DNA from: Escherichia phage vB_EcoS_AKFV33
Length of the DNA stretch: 64,000 nt
Strand: one strand, 5' to 3'
Sequence record: NC_017969.1
Each line of letters begins with the position of its first letter. Within the stretch, counting starts at the first letter, position 1. Made by a program: the position numbers and the translations under genes. This document shows positions 10,071-19,145 of the stretch, piece by piece. The notes beneath the pieces were generated by a model, which saw nothing but the letters and a program-made list of their open reading frames with translations, was not told where the DNA came from and did no database searches.

Positions 10071-10233
10071 TCCAGAAAACATGCTTATTGAGCAATGGAA
10101 CTTTGGTTATAATGCCGGTATAGCTACTTGTATTGCTAGATTGGATATGCTTATTAAGCAAGAAAAGGTACGCCCGGAGGAAGCAATTTTACTCCGAAAT
10201 ATTATCGAAGGATTTAAGCAAGGAATCGTATAG
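10039..10233 (+). CDS. hypothetical protein
   Basis: 64 aa; GAGGAG Shine-Dalgarno 7 nt upstream. Confidence 0.45.
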   Translation: MDFLNQSLKSNPENMLIEQWNFGYNAGIATCIARLDMLIKQEKVRPEEAILLRNIIEGFKQGIV

Positions 10234-11051
10234 TGCGTAGATTAATTATTATTAGCGGTGCAGGTTTGAGTGTTGAAAGTGGTGTACGAGCTTTTCGTAC
10301 TGATACTGCTAGTGGTAAAGCACTGTGGGATGATTATGATCTAGAAGAAGTATGTAATATTCATGCCTTTCGTGGTAATTTTTATCATAAAACCCATATG
10401 TTTTACAACAAGCGTCGTGAAGAGCTAAAAACTGTTGAACCCAATCTTGCACACTTGCGTATTGGTGAATGGTATAAACAATATCCAGGTCAAGTAGTAA
10501 ACTTGACTACCAACGTTGATGACCTTATTGAGCGTGCTGGCGTTCCACATAGTGACATTCTGCACATTCACGGATATTTAAAAGAGGTTGTTGTAGCTGA
10601 TAGCTACAATAGTAGCAATAAACGGATTATTGATGTAGGGTATAATTCTATTGATCCAGATGATTATAAATGGGTTAAACCTAATGTTATCTTCTTTGGT
10701 GAGGTTGCTCCTGCCTATAAAACAATGTATGAGGTTTTTGATGGTATCACCAGTCATGATATGATCATCATTGTTGGGTGCTCTAACCAAGTAATTAACT
10801 TCTACTGGGAGCTATTTCCTATTCTGAATCTTACTGCTGCAAAACTTATGGTAGTTAACTATTACGATAGTGCAGTAGCTATGGAACCAGGCTATCAGGG
10901 CATGACTCGTAGTGAAATGTATCAGTTAGAAGAACGTGGTATTCCTTACTGGAGTAAAGGTGCTGTGGATGCCTTTAGTGATCCCGATTTTATTGCTCGT
11001 GTGGAAGCTCATCTAGAAGGTAAACCCTATGTCCAACAAAAGCATGTGTGA
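10233..11051 (+). CDS. sirtuin-like (Sir2 family) protein lacking the zinc-ribbon module
   Basis: 272 aa; GTG start overlapping the upstream stop; sirtuin blocks in order: GAGLSVESGVRAFR, TTNVDDLIERAG, HIHGYL (catalytic His), PNVIFFGE, IIIVGCS; no Cys cluster where canonical sirtuins bind zinc. Confidence 0.7.
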   Translation: MRRLIIISGAGLSVESGVRAFRTDTASGKALWDDYDLEEVCNIHAFRGNFYHKTHMFYNKRREELKTVEPNLAHLRIGEWYKQYPGQVVNLTTNVDDLIERAGVPHSDILHIHGYLKEVVVADSYNSSNKRIIDVGYNSIDPDDYKWVKPNVIFFGEVAPAYKTMYEVFDGITSHDMIIIVGCSNQVINFYWELFPILNLTAAKLMVVNYYDSAVAMEPGYQGMTRSEMYQLEERGIPYWSKGAVDAFSDPDFIARVEAHLEGKPYVQQKHV

Positions 11052-11211
11052 TCTTTTAGTGTGGCCGGACGGTAGTTGGTGCTACCGTTTCGAATTTGCT
11101 ACCGATGATTTCTCATGGAAGAGTGATGATTTCTGTGTTATCTATGAAGATACAGCAGAATGGAAAGAGTTCCTTATTAAGGAGGGAGAATATGGTGAAG
11201 AAGATTTTTAA
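11029..11211 (+). CDS. hypothetical small acidic protein
   Basis: 60 aa, Asp/Glu-rich C-terminus; overlaps the Sir2-like stop. Confidence 0.4.
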   Translation: MSNKSMCDLLVWPDGSWCYRFEFATDDFSWKSDDFCVIYEDTAEWKEFLIKEGEYGEEDF

Positions 11212-11377
11212 GGGTATCTGGAAAGGTCTAGTATGGTTTGTCAACCTAATCGGTATGATTACCATTTATTCTCTGTTCCTATCTGTTATGTGGGGTAAAG
11301 GTGAATTGAAGGTTCCAGTTCCTTTTACTGATGAAGTTAAAGTCTGGACGTGGGATGCTACTGGTGGAAATAAGTAA
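11192..11377 (+). CDS. small membrane protein
   Basis: 61 aa from ATG 11192 with an AAGGAGGG Shine-Dalgarno; one hydrophobic helix (WFVNLIGMITIYSLFLSVMW). Confidence 0.5.
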   Translation: MVKKIFKGIWKGLVWFVNLIGMITIYSLFLSVMWGKGELKVPVPFTDEVKVWTWDATGGNK

Positions 11378-11870
11378 TACTCCTGTGATTTTCCTGGATA
11401 TTGATGGGGTGCTCAATTCGAGCATCTCCCACCATCATGCACCTGATGATGAAAAGATTTTCTTTGGGAGTGACTGGGTTTTCAAACCGCTTCTCAAGGC
11501 TTTTCAAGATTTTATTCGTCCTTCCTCGATAATGATTGTTGGGGTATCCTCATGGTTCTCTGTCAGGAATGAGATGGAGAACGTTCAGATTATGACCGGA
11601 TTAGGTCTTATCGATCGTTTTCTTGGTACAACGGATTTTACTGGTGGTGGATTATCTAGGGGTAATTCTGTTCTTCGCTTCGTTGAAAAGCATAAGCTCA
11701 AACATTGGTGTGTACTGGATGACGCTGGTGCTATGATGTATCAGTATCCAACGGTTATAGTCAATGGTAGAACTGGAATAAATCTTCAAGATTTAAAAGC
11801 TGTTAGCTATATGCTAGAATTTAGCCCAGATCTTGAAATGTGTAAATCCTTACAACAATTTAAGGTGTAA
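11331..11870 (+). CDS. HAD-superfamily-like hydrolase (phosphatase candidate)
   Basis: FLDIDGVLN near the N-terminus fits HAD motif I (DxDG); true start uncertain (ATG 11331, ATG 11355 or a later GTG). Confidence 0.45.
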   Translation: MKLKSGRGMLLVEISNTPVIFLDIDGVLNSSISHHHAPDDEKIFFGSDWVFKPLLKAFQDFIRPSSIMIVGVSSWFSVRNEMENVQIMTGLGLIDRFLGTTDFTGGGLSRGNSVLRFVEKHKLKHWCVLDDAGAMMYQYPTVIVNGRTGINLQDLKAVSYMLEFSPDLEMCKSLQQFKV

Positions 11871-11872
11871 AT

Positions 11873-12301
11873 ATGTTCAATAATGTATTCTCTAAAGAAG
11901 CTAACCCAATTTTGGTTAACTTTTGGCGTACTCTCCCAGCTAGCCTGTATAATGAGGCTATTAACTCTTTGAAAATATGGTGTGAGAATAACGAAATCTC
12001 CTTTGCTTTTAAAGATGATATTGATGAGGCTCCCTGTATTGGTTTAATTGTGCAGGTAGAGGAGGGTCTTGAAGAGATTGTGGGCTGGAAAGAGTTAGAC
12101 GAAATGGGCTTAGTTTTTGCGTTAAATTATAAACTGTTTATGCCTGCTAAGCATCGCCTTGTTGTTAACTATAAAACTAGTGAATCTCCTGGTTTTCAGG
12201 TTAATGAACGTTATGGTTGGTCTTACTCACCGGAAGAAGTAAATGAGGGGATTCAGAAACTTCGACGTTTCGGGTATATGATCCCGGGTTTAACTGCTTA
12301 A
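11873..12301 (+). CDS. hypothetical protein (tandem paralog A)
   Basis: 142 aa; shares PCIG, W.E...L..ALN..LF.P and Y.PGL blocks with the next ORF. Confidence 0.5.
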   Translation: MFNNVFSKEANPILVNFWRTLPASLYNEAINSLKIWCENNEISFAFKDDIDEAPCIGLIVQVEEGLEEIVGWKELDEMGLVFALNYKLFMPAKHRLVVNYKTSESPGFQVNERYGWSYSPEEVNEGIQKLRRFGYMIPGLTA

Positions 12302-12310
12302 GGAGGCAGG

Positions 12311-12703
12311 ATGGAACAAGTATATTGGCGTCAGATTGACCCTAGTTTGGTGAAACGTGCGGAGAAGCTGCTACAACGTTGGTTGGGGGTAAGGCAAGCC
12401 TCCTTCTCTTTTCCGGAGCAGCAAACGGATGATCCATGCATTGGCGTTTTCCTGTCTGGATATGCCGGGGAATGGGAGATGGATTGGAATGAATTGTCCG
12501 CTATGAGTTTAATTGTTGCCCTAAATTTCTCTTTGTTCCATCCACGTGGTTTGGCCATATGTCGTGTGCCTGATGACGGTTGTTCGCCCCATCTTTTACA
12601 GGTGGAAGATGATATTTGGGAGTACACTCCAGATATTCTCAAAGAAGCTAAAGAACAATTAAACCGTGTTGGGATTTATGTTCCAGGCCTAAATGATGAA
12701 TGA
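12311..12703 (+). CDS. hypothetical protein (tandem paralog B)
   Basis: 130 aa; paralog of 11873..12301; AGGAGG Shine-Dalgarno. Confidence 0.5.
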   Translation: MEQVYWRQIDPSLVKRAEKLLQRWLGVRQASFSFPEQQTDDPCIGVFLSGYAGEWEMDWNELSAMSLIVALNFSLFHPRGLAICRVPDDGCSPHLLQVEDDIWEYTPDILKEAKEQLNRVGIYVPGLNDE

Positions 12704-12794
12704 TTTTTATTAGCTGAAATTTGTAATCCGGGCTATTAGTGCTCGGATTATTACATAATCTTTCCAGTCGATTGACAGTCAAAATAAATTGTCG

Positions 12795-12825
12795 TTGACA
12801 ATTTGGATGGATTATGTAATAATAT
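12795..12825 (+). promoter_or_regulatory. sigma70 promoter for the HNH gene
   Basis: TTGACA at 12795-12800, about 17 nt spacer, TAATAT-type -10; flanked by TTGAC-containing inverted repeats. Confidence 0.55.
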
Positions 12826-12842
12826 ATGTATTGGAGGTGAGG

Positions 12843-13295
12843 ATGTCATTCACACAGCAAGAACTTTTAGATAACTTCCGATATGAAGATGGTAAGTTAT
12901 TTAGAACTACAGGAAGAAATGCAGGGAAAGAATGTTGTGTTTCTACGGGTAACGGATATTATCGTATATCTCTAGGGAATAGGACTATGCTTCGGCATAG
13001 AGCAATATTTTTAATGCATCATGGATACTTACCTGATTTAGTAGATCATGTGAATACTATAAAAGGTGATGATCGTATTGAAAATCTTAGAGAGCAGACA
13101 GTGTCCGGTAATCTAAGAAATATCAAATATAAGAAAGGAATGCATGTTTACCCTTCTGGTAGTAAGAACTGGCAAGTAGTATTTACTATTAACCGTAAAC
13201 GTATAGTTAAAGGAACATATGACAACTATGAGGTTGCATGTTCTATGGCCAAGATGTTTAGAGGTCAATTATACGGTAGGGAATCAATCCAGTAA
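12843..13295 (+). CDS. HNH homing endonuclease (free-standing)
   Basis: HHGYLPDLVDHVNTIKGDDRIENLREQT fits the HNH_3 motif; start placed at ATG 12843 with a GGAGGTGAGG Shine-Dalgarno; AGA/AGG/ATA-rich codons. Confidence 0.75.
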   Translation: MSFTQQELLDNFRYEDGKLFRTTGRNAGKECCVSTGNGYYRISLGNRTMLRHRAIFLMHHGYLPDLVDHVNTIKGDDRIENLREQTVSGNLRNIKYKKGMHVYPSGSKNWQVVFTINRKRIVKGTYDNYEVACSMAKMFRGQLYGRESIQ

Positions 13296-13303
13296 AATTT
13301 CAT

Positions 13304-13333
13304 TTGCAAGGGAGTATTATTTTATAGTATAAT
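13304..13333 (+). promoter_or_regulatory. T5-type early promoter (TTGCAA-18-TATAAT)
   Basis: Near-consensus elements followed by the ATAAATGAGAGA leader; it fires into a roughly 490 nt region with no convincing ORF. Confidence 0.6.
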
Positions 13334-13828
13334 ATTCCCATAAATGAGAGACATTAGTAAAAATTGATTTTGCTAATTTTTCTTGTTTACAATCCGCGAT
13401 ACGGAACAGTTAGGCTGCCCCATTAAGGGTTGTTTTAACTATTACTAGTGTTTATATTGCATTAGTTAATCTTCAATTAAGTGATCTGTGTACCCTGAAT
13501 TCGGAAAGGTAAATCCAAACCGTGCATATTTAGCTCGTTATATAGGCAGAGCTTTATATGGGGGTGCGAACGAAAAGAGCAGCGAATGGCGGCACGTACA
13601 GTAGTCACCTACCAATAGGATAGTGAGGACAAATAGAATCGGCTTAGCGGCCAATGACCTAGGTTCTATTCTGTATATGAGCGAAGAGAGCACAGCACTG
13701 AGATATGATAACTTATTCATATTGTTTGATGATAATTGATGTTTACGTAAATAGTAGTAATAGTTGTTCTATTCTTTCTGAATAGTCCTAAAGAAAAGAT
13801 TTCTATTAATCAACACAGGAGTATTGTT

Positions 13829-16618
13829 GTGTTTTCTATCCTCCAAGGTCACGCCGGGTTTTCTCGTGATTTAGCAACAGGTATTTGGCGAGAAATCAAA
13901 GCGGAAGATTATACCTTTGCCAAACGATTCTCGAAAGAGCATCCAGAAGGTAAACCAGCTTCTATGCCCTTCAAATTTGATGTAATAGAAGAGCACGACC
14001 CACAAAGCCTTGCCGAAATGTTACCACTTATGAGACGTTTAACGTCTGACCCTCATATCGTTGCGGTACGAGGTCGATGTCTTGCACCTAAAAATAATGT
14101 GCGACGTAAGAAAGGTAACTTTAATGTATCCAACCCTAGCAATATTATTGCTATGGACGTGGATGGTATCCTAGATACCGGTGGGTATGACAAGTTTAAT
14201 CTTGTAGGTATGGCTCGACATATTATTAGGATGTTAAATAGTATTAGTGAGGATATGTTTCCTCTTGATGCAGGGTTTATCGCTCATGCATCGTCTTCGG
14301 CTGGGCTAAAACCAGGTATCCGAATGCACTTAATACTAGAATCTAATGTTAAGGTAACTCAGGGTCAAATCAAATTCTTATTTACATCTATCAACGAAAG
14401 TAGTAGACAAAAGTATGGCTTTGATATTGCCGACTTAGCTTATTACTCTTCCGTACAGCTCCATTATTTTGCAGATCCGTTATTTACCGATGGTATAGTA
14501 GATCCGTTTAAAGCGGAGAGTAAGCCACGTCTGGTATATGTTAAAGGTTCGAAGGTAAATTTGCCCAATAATCTGGTTGACTATGAAACAACTAGAGGGG
14601 AATTTAAGGAAGAGTTTTATTCTTTACTTGATCAAATTAAAGGCAAAAAGATTGCTTCTGATAAAGTAGAAGAAACCATCAGCGAATTGGAAGAAGCCGA
14701 GGATGGGGTGTACTTGCGTATTATCCCCAAACTCTACCATAGAGCATTAGAGGATGGTGTTGATTTCGCATGGCTAGAACGTGAGATTAAACCCGCTTTA
14801 TCTGAATATATTGCAACTAAAGATAACAGTCGTAATATTCAAGATTACTTTAATAACGGTCGTAAGCAGGCTCTCAAAGCGTTTGTTAATAATTCTAAAC
14901 GTGAGATCCCATTAAATCTGAAGGGTGTTCCACTCAAGAAATTAGAAGTGGATTCTCCACCAGAAGTTCCGTACCTGAAGATTAACATTGTGCCTCCAAA
15001 AGGCCATATAACATTTGTTAAGGCAAGTCTTGGTACTGGTAAGACTACGGCAGTAACTAAATGGCTGGACGCAGGTGTTCTTCCTGGCAACTTTTTAGCA
15101 GTTACAAATACTAGAGCACTGGTATCTTCAAACGCTAAGAAATTTAGCGCAGGACAATATGATAAGTCTGTAGATATGCTCAACTTTAAACGTGGAGCTA
15201 TTGATCGTATGTCTACAACTATCCACTCTTTGCATAAGTTCAAAAGTTTTATTGGTCAAATAGATACCATTTTTATTGATGAATGTGATGCTGTAATGAA
15301 TGATCTATTATTCGCACCTGTTGTTAAGCAACGTCGCGAATGTATTCAAGTTCTACGTGACATCCTCATGACAGCTAAAACTGTAATTCTATCTGATGGG
15401 GATATTAGTGCAGAAACAATTGAAGCATATGGTTCTCTAATTGATTTTGATAAACCAGTAGCATTTTATAATCATCACCGTAAGATGCTGTCAAAAGCTC
15501 ATGCTTATGAGTTCCCGGATGAATCCAGTATTTGGGTTGCACTTCAGACCTCTCTAGAGATGGGTGAGAAATCTATCCTAGTATCTGATTGTGGGCCGGA
15601 TGAACTGAATGAGAAGGGCATGGCGTTGCGTCGTAATACGGGTGCGTTAGTTAAGGAAATCCACTCAAACTCTACGTCTGATGTAGATATTCGACGTATT
15701 CTGGATTACACAACTAATGAGCTAATTGACCAACAAATTGATTGCTTATTATGTAGTCCATCCGTAACTAGTGGTGTTGACTTCAACTATTTTGATAACG
15801 TATTCGTTATTACTAGAACCAGCAACCAAGCGCCAAACATGCGTTTCCAAGCAATCAGGCGCGACCGTGGTGCTCAGAACATTTATTATTTTATTGATAA
15901 ATCTACGAGTGGATTCTCCGCAGGTTCTGAACAATATAATATTGATGAGGGTTGGCTGGAGTTAGCACAGCAATTATACGCACGTCGTAGGGAGCTGGAA
16001 TCTAGGAATTATACTAGTACCTTACGTTATTACTTGCTTGATCAGGGTGCAACTATTGATATTTTCAGTGAAAGCTGGGGAACTATCGAAGGTGCAGGCA
16101 AAGAGTATACAGAAGAGCGAATCAAAGCCATTTTGTATTCAACTCCTGATTATTGCGCTCCACGTCATGCGGATGCGTATGAAGCTAAACTACTTCTTGT
16201 TCGCTACTATCATCTTGAGTCTATTAAAGATGTAACAGTTGAGCATGTTGAACAATATATCAAGGATAAACCTAATGATCGGGCTGCATTCTTCCATAAA
16301 ATGCACGAGATGTTCTGGGAAGATATTAAGAAGTGTTCAAATGTCACTATCAAACCATTCATAGAAGCTCTGAAAGGTAAGAAGAAAGATTTCTTCCTTA
16401 AAACAGGTCAGAGTGCTAACCCAAAATATGCCAGAATGTATCTTGGTATGATGGGTATTGGTAAAGATATGAACACGGAGAATATTGTAGACTGGTACAG
16501 AACTTATTGTAAAATCGAGTGTATGCCAATCCCATATAAGTTTATGACTGATGAGGAGAAACATATGCATGATGAAGCAATGGCAGAGCTAGGTGCTAGA
16601 AATGACAGTGAAGAATAA
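13829..16618 (+). CDS. helicase-like P-loop NTPase (putative replication origin-binding protein)
   Basis: 929 aa; GTG start with an AGGAG Shine-Dalgarno; Walker A SLGTGKTT and Walker B FIDECD; the product name comes from my recollection of T5-like annotations. Confidence 0.6.
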   Translation: MFSILQGHAGFSRDLATGIWREIKAEDYTFAKRFSKEHPEGKPASMPFKFDVIEEHDPQSLAEMLPLMRRLTSDPHIVAVRGRCLAPKNNVRRKKGNFNVSNPSNIIAMDVDGILDTGGYDKFNLVGMARHIIRMLNSISEDMFPLDAGFIAHASSSAGLKPGIRMHLILESNVKVTQGQIKFLFTSINESSRQKYGFDIADLAYYSSVQLHYFADPLFTDGIVDPFKAESKPRLVYVKGSKVNLPNNLVDYETTRGEFKEEFYSLLDQIKGKKIASDKVEETISELEEAEDGVYLRIIPKLYHRALEDGVDFAWLEREIKPALSEYIATKDNSRNIQDYFNNGRKQALKAFVNNSKREIPLNLKGVPLKKLEVDSPPEVPYLKINIVPPKGHITFVKASLGTGKTTAVTKWLDAGVLPGNFLAVTNTRALVSSNAKKFSAGQYDKSVDMLNFKRGAIDRMSTTIHSLHKFKSFIGQIDTIFIDECDAVMNDLLFAPVVKQRRECIQVLRDILMTAKTVILSDGDISAETIEAYGSLIDFDKPVAFYNHHRKMLSKAHAYEFPDESSIWVALQTSLEMGEKSILVSDCGPDELNEKGMALRRNTGALVKEIHSNSTSDVDIRRILDYTTNELIDQQIDCLLCSPSVTSGVDFNYFDNVFVITRTSNQAPNMRFQAIRRDRGAQNIYYFIDKSTSGFSAGSEQYNIDEGWLELAQQLYARRRELESRNYTSTLRYYLLDQGATIDIFSESWGTIEGAGKEYTEERIKAILYSTPDYCAPRHADAYEAKLLLVRYYHLESIKDVTVEHVEQYIKDKPNDRAAFFHKMHEMFWEDIKKCSNVTIKPFIEALKGKKKDFFLKTGQSANPKYARMYLGMMGIGKDMNTENIVDWYRTYCKIECMPIPYKFMTDEEKHMHDEAMAELGARNDSEE

Positions 16619-16835
16619 AAAATGGGAAACAAGGAAGTTCCCAGTAAAAGAACGTAAAGTTCCTGTTTACGACACTTCGGAAAAGCTATGTAGGGTGGTA
16701 CCGCCCAGATTAGCTGGCATCCCTAACATATCCGAATGGTTACTTAAACAACGGAAAACCAACGTGTCTCTTCGCATCGGCTTTGAGTTAGATAAAGTCT
16801 ATGCTGAACTTGCTTCTTTGCTCAAGGAATCGTAA
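16602..16835 (+). CDS. hypothetical protein
   Basis: About 77 aa; overlaps the end of the 929 aa gene; weak ribosome-binding site. Confidence 0.3.
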   Translation: MTVKNKKWETRKFPVKERKVPVYDTSEKLCRVVPPRLAGIPNISEWLLKQRKTNVSLRIGFELDKVYAELASLLKES

Positions 16836-16843
16836 AAATTTAT

Positions 16844-16872
16844 TTGCTTTCAGGAAAATTTTTCTGTATAAT
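16844..16872 (+). promoter_or_regulatory. T5 early promoter, PN25-like
   Basis: TTGCTT, 17 nt, TATAAT, then AGATTCATAAATTTGAGAGAGGAGTTTAAATATG; from memory this matches the classical T5 PN25 promoter and its leader nearly base for base. Confidence 0.85.
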
Positions 16873-16903
16873 AGATTCATAAATTTGAGAGAGGAGTTTA
16901 AAT

Positions 16904-17608
16904 ATGGCCGGTTCTCGCAGAAAGAAACATATCCATGAAATCCCGGATGAAGTCTTCAAAAAAGTTATAGAGCATCTAGAGAACGGTGGTACTAAGAAAG
17001 CAGCATGTGAAATGCTTGGCGTATCATCCAATCCAACTATGGAAAGGATGATTGAAGAATGGCAAGACCGCCAGATTCAAGTTGCCGAAATGAAGAAAAA
17101 GAAACGTGGCACACTCATTGAAGGCATTGAGTTAGCTAACGTTATTGAGCAGTATTTATCTGGTGATTCTTTTGAAGAGATTGCCGATCGTAATTATCGA
17201 TCTGTAGCAATGGTTAAATCTGTTCTGGAACGCTATGGTGCTTTGCTTCGTTTGAACGATATTGTAGACCCATTGAATCCTCCAATTATTCCTGATGATG
17301 CTGTAGCAGAAGAATTTGCAGTTGGTGAGCTTGTTTGGGTTCCTGGATACCAGTGTATCGGTGAAATCAAAAAAGCAATGGATAATCCTGTTGGTTGTTA
17401 CCGTGTATGGCTTCTATCAGAAGGCAAACAACAGAACGTTCATTATATGAATTACGAGCTGGCTTCTGTTAAACATCTGGAAAAGCTAGGGGTTGATGTA
17501 AAATCTCTGGGATACAAGTGGACTCGTGAAGAAGTAATTTCGTTGATTAACGAAGCTGTTAAGGCTGCCCTGAAACTTGATAAAGAAAAAGGAAAACGCC
17601 GTGAGTAA
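16904..17608 (+). CDS. putative DNA-binding protein with N-terminal helix-turn-helix
   Basis: 234 aa; the gene downstream of the PN25-like promoter; HTH-like KKAACEMLGVSSNPTMERM. Confidence 0.5.
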   Translation: MAGSRRKKHIHEIPDEVFKKVIEHLENGGTKKAACEMLGVSSNPTMERMIEEWQDRQIQVAEMKKKKRGTLIEGIELANVIEQYLSGDSFEEIADRNYRSVAMVKSVLERYGALLRLNDIVDPLNPPIIPDDAVAEEFAVGELVWVPGYQCIGEIKKAMDNPVGCYRVWLLSEGKQQNVHYMNYELASVKHLEKLGVDVKSLGYKWTREEVISLINEAVKAALKLDKEKGKRRE

Positions 17609-17852
17609 ACTAACAGATTTGCTTAAAGATGGGGAAGTAAAAACTCTGTATCGTAGAAGCTGGGATAATGACAATAATGGCTTAGTGTTACTAACTTTAG
17701 ACGCTGACTCAGATGTAGTTACCCAACATACCTGGGTAGCTGGTAGTTATCCCTATAGTGAGGTTGTTACGTTAACAGTATGCGAAGCTATTGCTGACGA
17801 TTGGGAGATTGCCAGCATTGATGATATGCTTGCTGTTGGCCTGGTGGAGTAA
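17601..17852 (+). CDS. hypothetical protein
   Basis: 83 aa from GTG 17601 with an AAGGA Shine-Dalgarno; overlaps the upstream stop. Confidence 0.4.
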   Translation: MSKLTDLLKDGEVKTLYRRSWDNDNNGLVLLTLDADSDVVTQHTWVAGSYPYSEVVTLTVCEAIADDWEIASIDDMLAVGLVE

Positions 17853-17868
17853 CTACAGAAAAATTTCA

Positions 17869-17898
17869 GTTGCTTAATCCTATAATTCTTGATATAAT
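17869..17898 (+). promoter_or_regulatory. T5-type early promoter (TTGCTT-18-TATAAT)
   Basis: Consensus hexamers upstream of the codon-optimised ORF at 17956. Confidence 0.65.
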
Positions 17899-17955
17899 AT
17901 TCTCATAGTTTGAAAGAACTATTCTGTTTAATTCTTAATTAAGGAAATATAAAAT

Positions 17956-18366
17956 ATGACTACTCCAACTCAGTGGACTGATGAACTGTTCGAAAAAATG
18001 TCTTCCGAATACGTTGCTCGTATGGAGCAATTCCCAGAGGATGAACGTCCGGGTGTTAGCATGGAAATTGTTAGCGAAATTGCCCAGGAAAATGGTGTAA
18101 CTCCGAACGGTTTTCGTATGAAGCTGACTAAAGCAGGTTTGTATATCAAGAAAGCTGCTGGCTCTGCTTCTAAATCTAGCGCATCTACTGGAGAAAAAGC
18201 TTCCGGTGGTTCTCGTACCTCCAAAGCCCAAGCTCACGCCGATCTTCGCTCAGCATTCTCTGATGCTGGCCTAGCACCAGATTTTCTGGATGATGCAATT
18301 ATCGACAAACTGACCGGTAAAGCGGCTGCTCATCTGGCAGAAGCAATCCGAGCTATCACTAAGTAA
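17956..18366 (+). CDS. hypothetical abundant early protein
   Basis: 136 aa; codon usage strongly biased to E. coli high-expression codons (CTG, CGT, GGT, AAA); own promoter. Confidence 0.55.
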   Translation: MTTPTQWTDELFEKMSSEYVARMEQFPEDERPGVSMEIVSEIAQENGVTPNGFRMKLTKAGLYIKKAAGSASKSSASTGEKASGGSRTSKAQAHADLRSAFSDAGLAPDFLDDAIIDKLTGKAAAHLAEAIRAITK

Positions 18367-18402
18367 TTTTTAGATAAATCCACCAACAAAAGGAACACAG
18401 TT

Positions 18403-18699
18403 ATGACCAAAGCTGAAATTATCGCACAATGTGAAAAATTTGGTGAGTTTTATCTTCATTACGAGAAACTTCGTCAGAAAGGAACCACGTACCTTCAGGG
18501 TACGATGGAATTTGATCCAGCCCAAGATAAATATCTAGCTGAGCGTATTAAACGTGAACGTATTCGTAAAGCGAAAGATGATGAGATCCTTGTCTTCTCT
18601 CGTACTAATGATAGCTTCCGTTTTATTCCTGTCGAGAAAGTCCGTCGTGTGACCAGCCTCCAATCAGAGTTAGATCGTGCTTCTCCAGTAGGCCGATAA
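18403..18699 (+). CDS. hypothetical protein
   Basis: 98 aa; AAAGGAACA ribosome-binding site; followed by a terminator. Confidence 0.5.
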   Translation: MTKAEIIAQCEKFGEFYLHYEKLRQKGTTYLQGTMEFDPAQDKYLAERIKRERIRKAKDDEILVFSRTNDSFRFIPVEKVRRVTSLQSELDRASPVGR

Positions 18700-18709
18700 G
18701 AAACCAATT

Positions 18710-18730
18710 AGCCCCTATATGGGGCTTTTT
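18710..18730 (+). terminator. rho-independent terminator
   Basis: GCCCC-TATAT-GGGGC hairpin followed by TTTTT. Confidence 0.75.
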
Positions 18731-18749
18731 GTGTATTTGGGATATGTAA

Positions 18750-19058
18750 ATGAGCGAACAGGTAAATCAAAACTATGAAGGACACGTTGATGACCAGTCC
18801 ATCATACTTTGGGAGAAGGAGGGGGAACAAGTAAGATTAACAGTATCTGAATTTCGTGGGAATCTATACATGGGTATTCGTTACTGGCTTCTTGATATTA
18901 ATGATGAATGGTTTCCAACGAAATCTGGCTTCTCTTTTCCTTACACCCTAGAAACAACATCACAGCTTTTCTATGCGTTTACACAGATTCTTAGCGAATC
19001 TGAGGTTTTACATGAAGTACAGAAACGAGCTGAAGAACTCAAAGCCAAGAATGCCTAG
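18750..19058 (+). CDS. hypothetical protein
   Basis: 102 aa. Confidence 0.45.
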   Translation: MSEQVNQNYEGHVDDQSIILWEKEGEQVRLTVSEFRGNLYMGIRYWLLDINDEWFPTKSGFSFPYTLETTSQLFYAFTQILSESEVLHEVQKRAEELKAKNA

Positions 19059-19072
19059 TTCTTGGCTTTTTC
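19044..19072 (+). terminator. rho-independent terminator overlapping the stop codon
   Basis: GCCAAGA / TCTTGGC stem followed by TTTTTC. Confidence 0.65.
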
Positions 19073-19085
19073 TTTATAAATGTAC

Positions 19086-19114
19086 TTGCTTTCAACTCAG
19101 TTTTGTTATATAAT
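19086..19114 (+). promoter_or_regulatory. T5-type early promoter (TTGCTT-17-TATAAT)
   Basis: Consensus elements upstream of ligA. Confidence 0.75.
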
Positions 19115-19145
19115 ATTTATATAAATTAACGAGAGATATAAATAA

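Noticed and set aside
13538-13720. 60 aa hydrophobic ORF on the minus strand in the non-coding region
   Set aside because: No Shine-Dalgarno and antisense to the only promoter in the region; kept as part of the non-coding region finding.
14845-15243. 132 aa ORF antisense to the 929 aa helicase-like gene
   Set aside because: Antisense to a gene with clear Walker motifs; no independent support.
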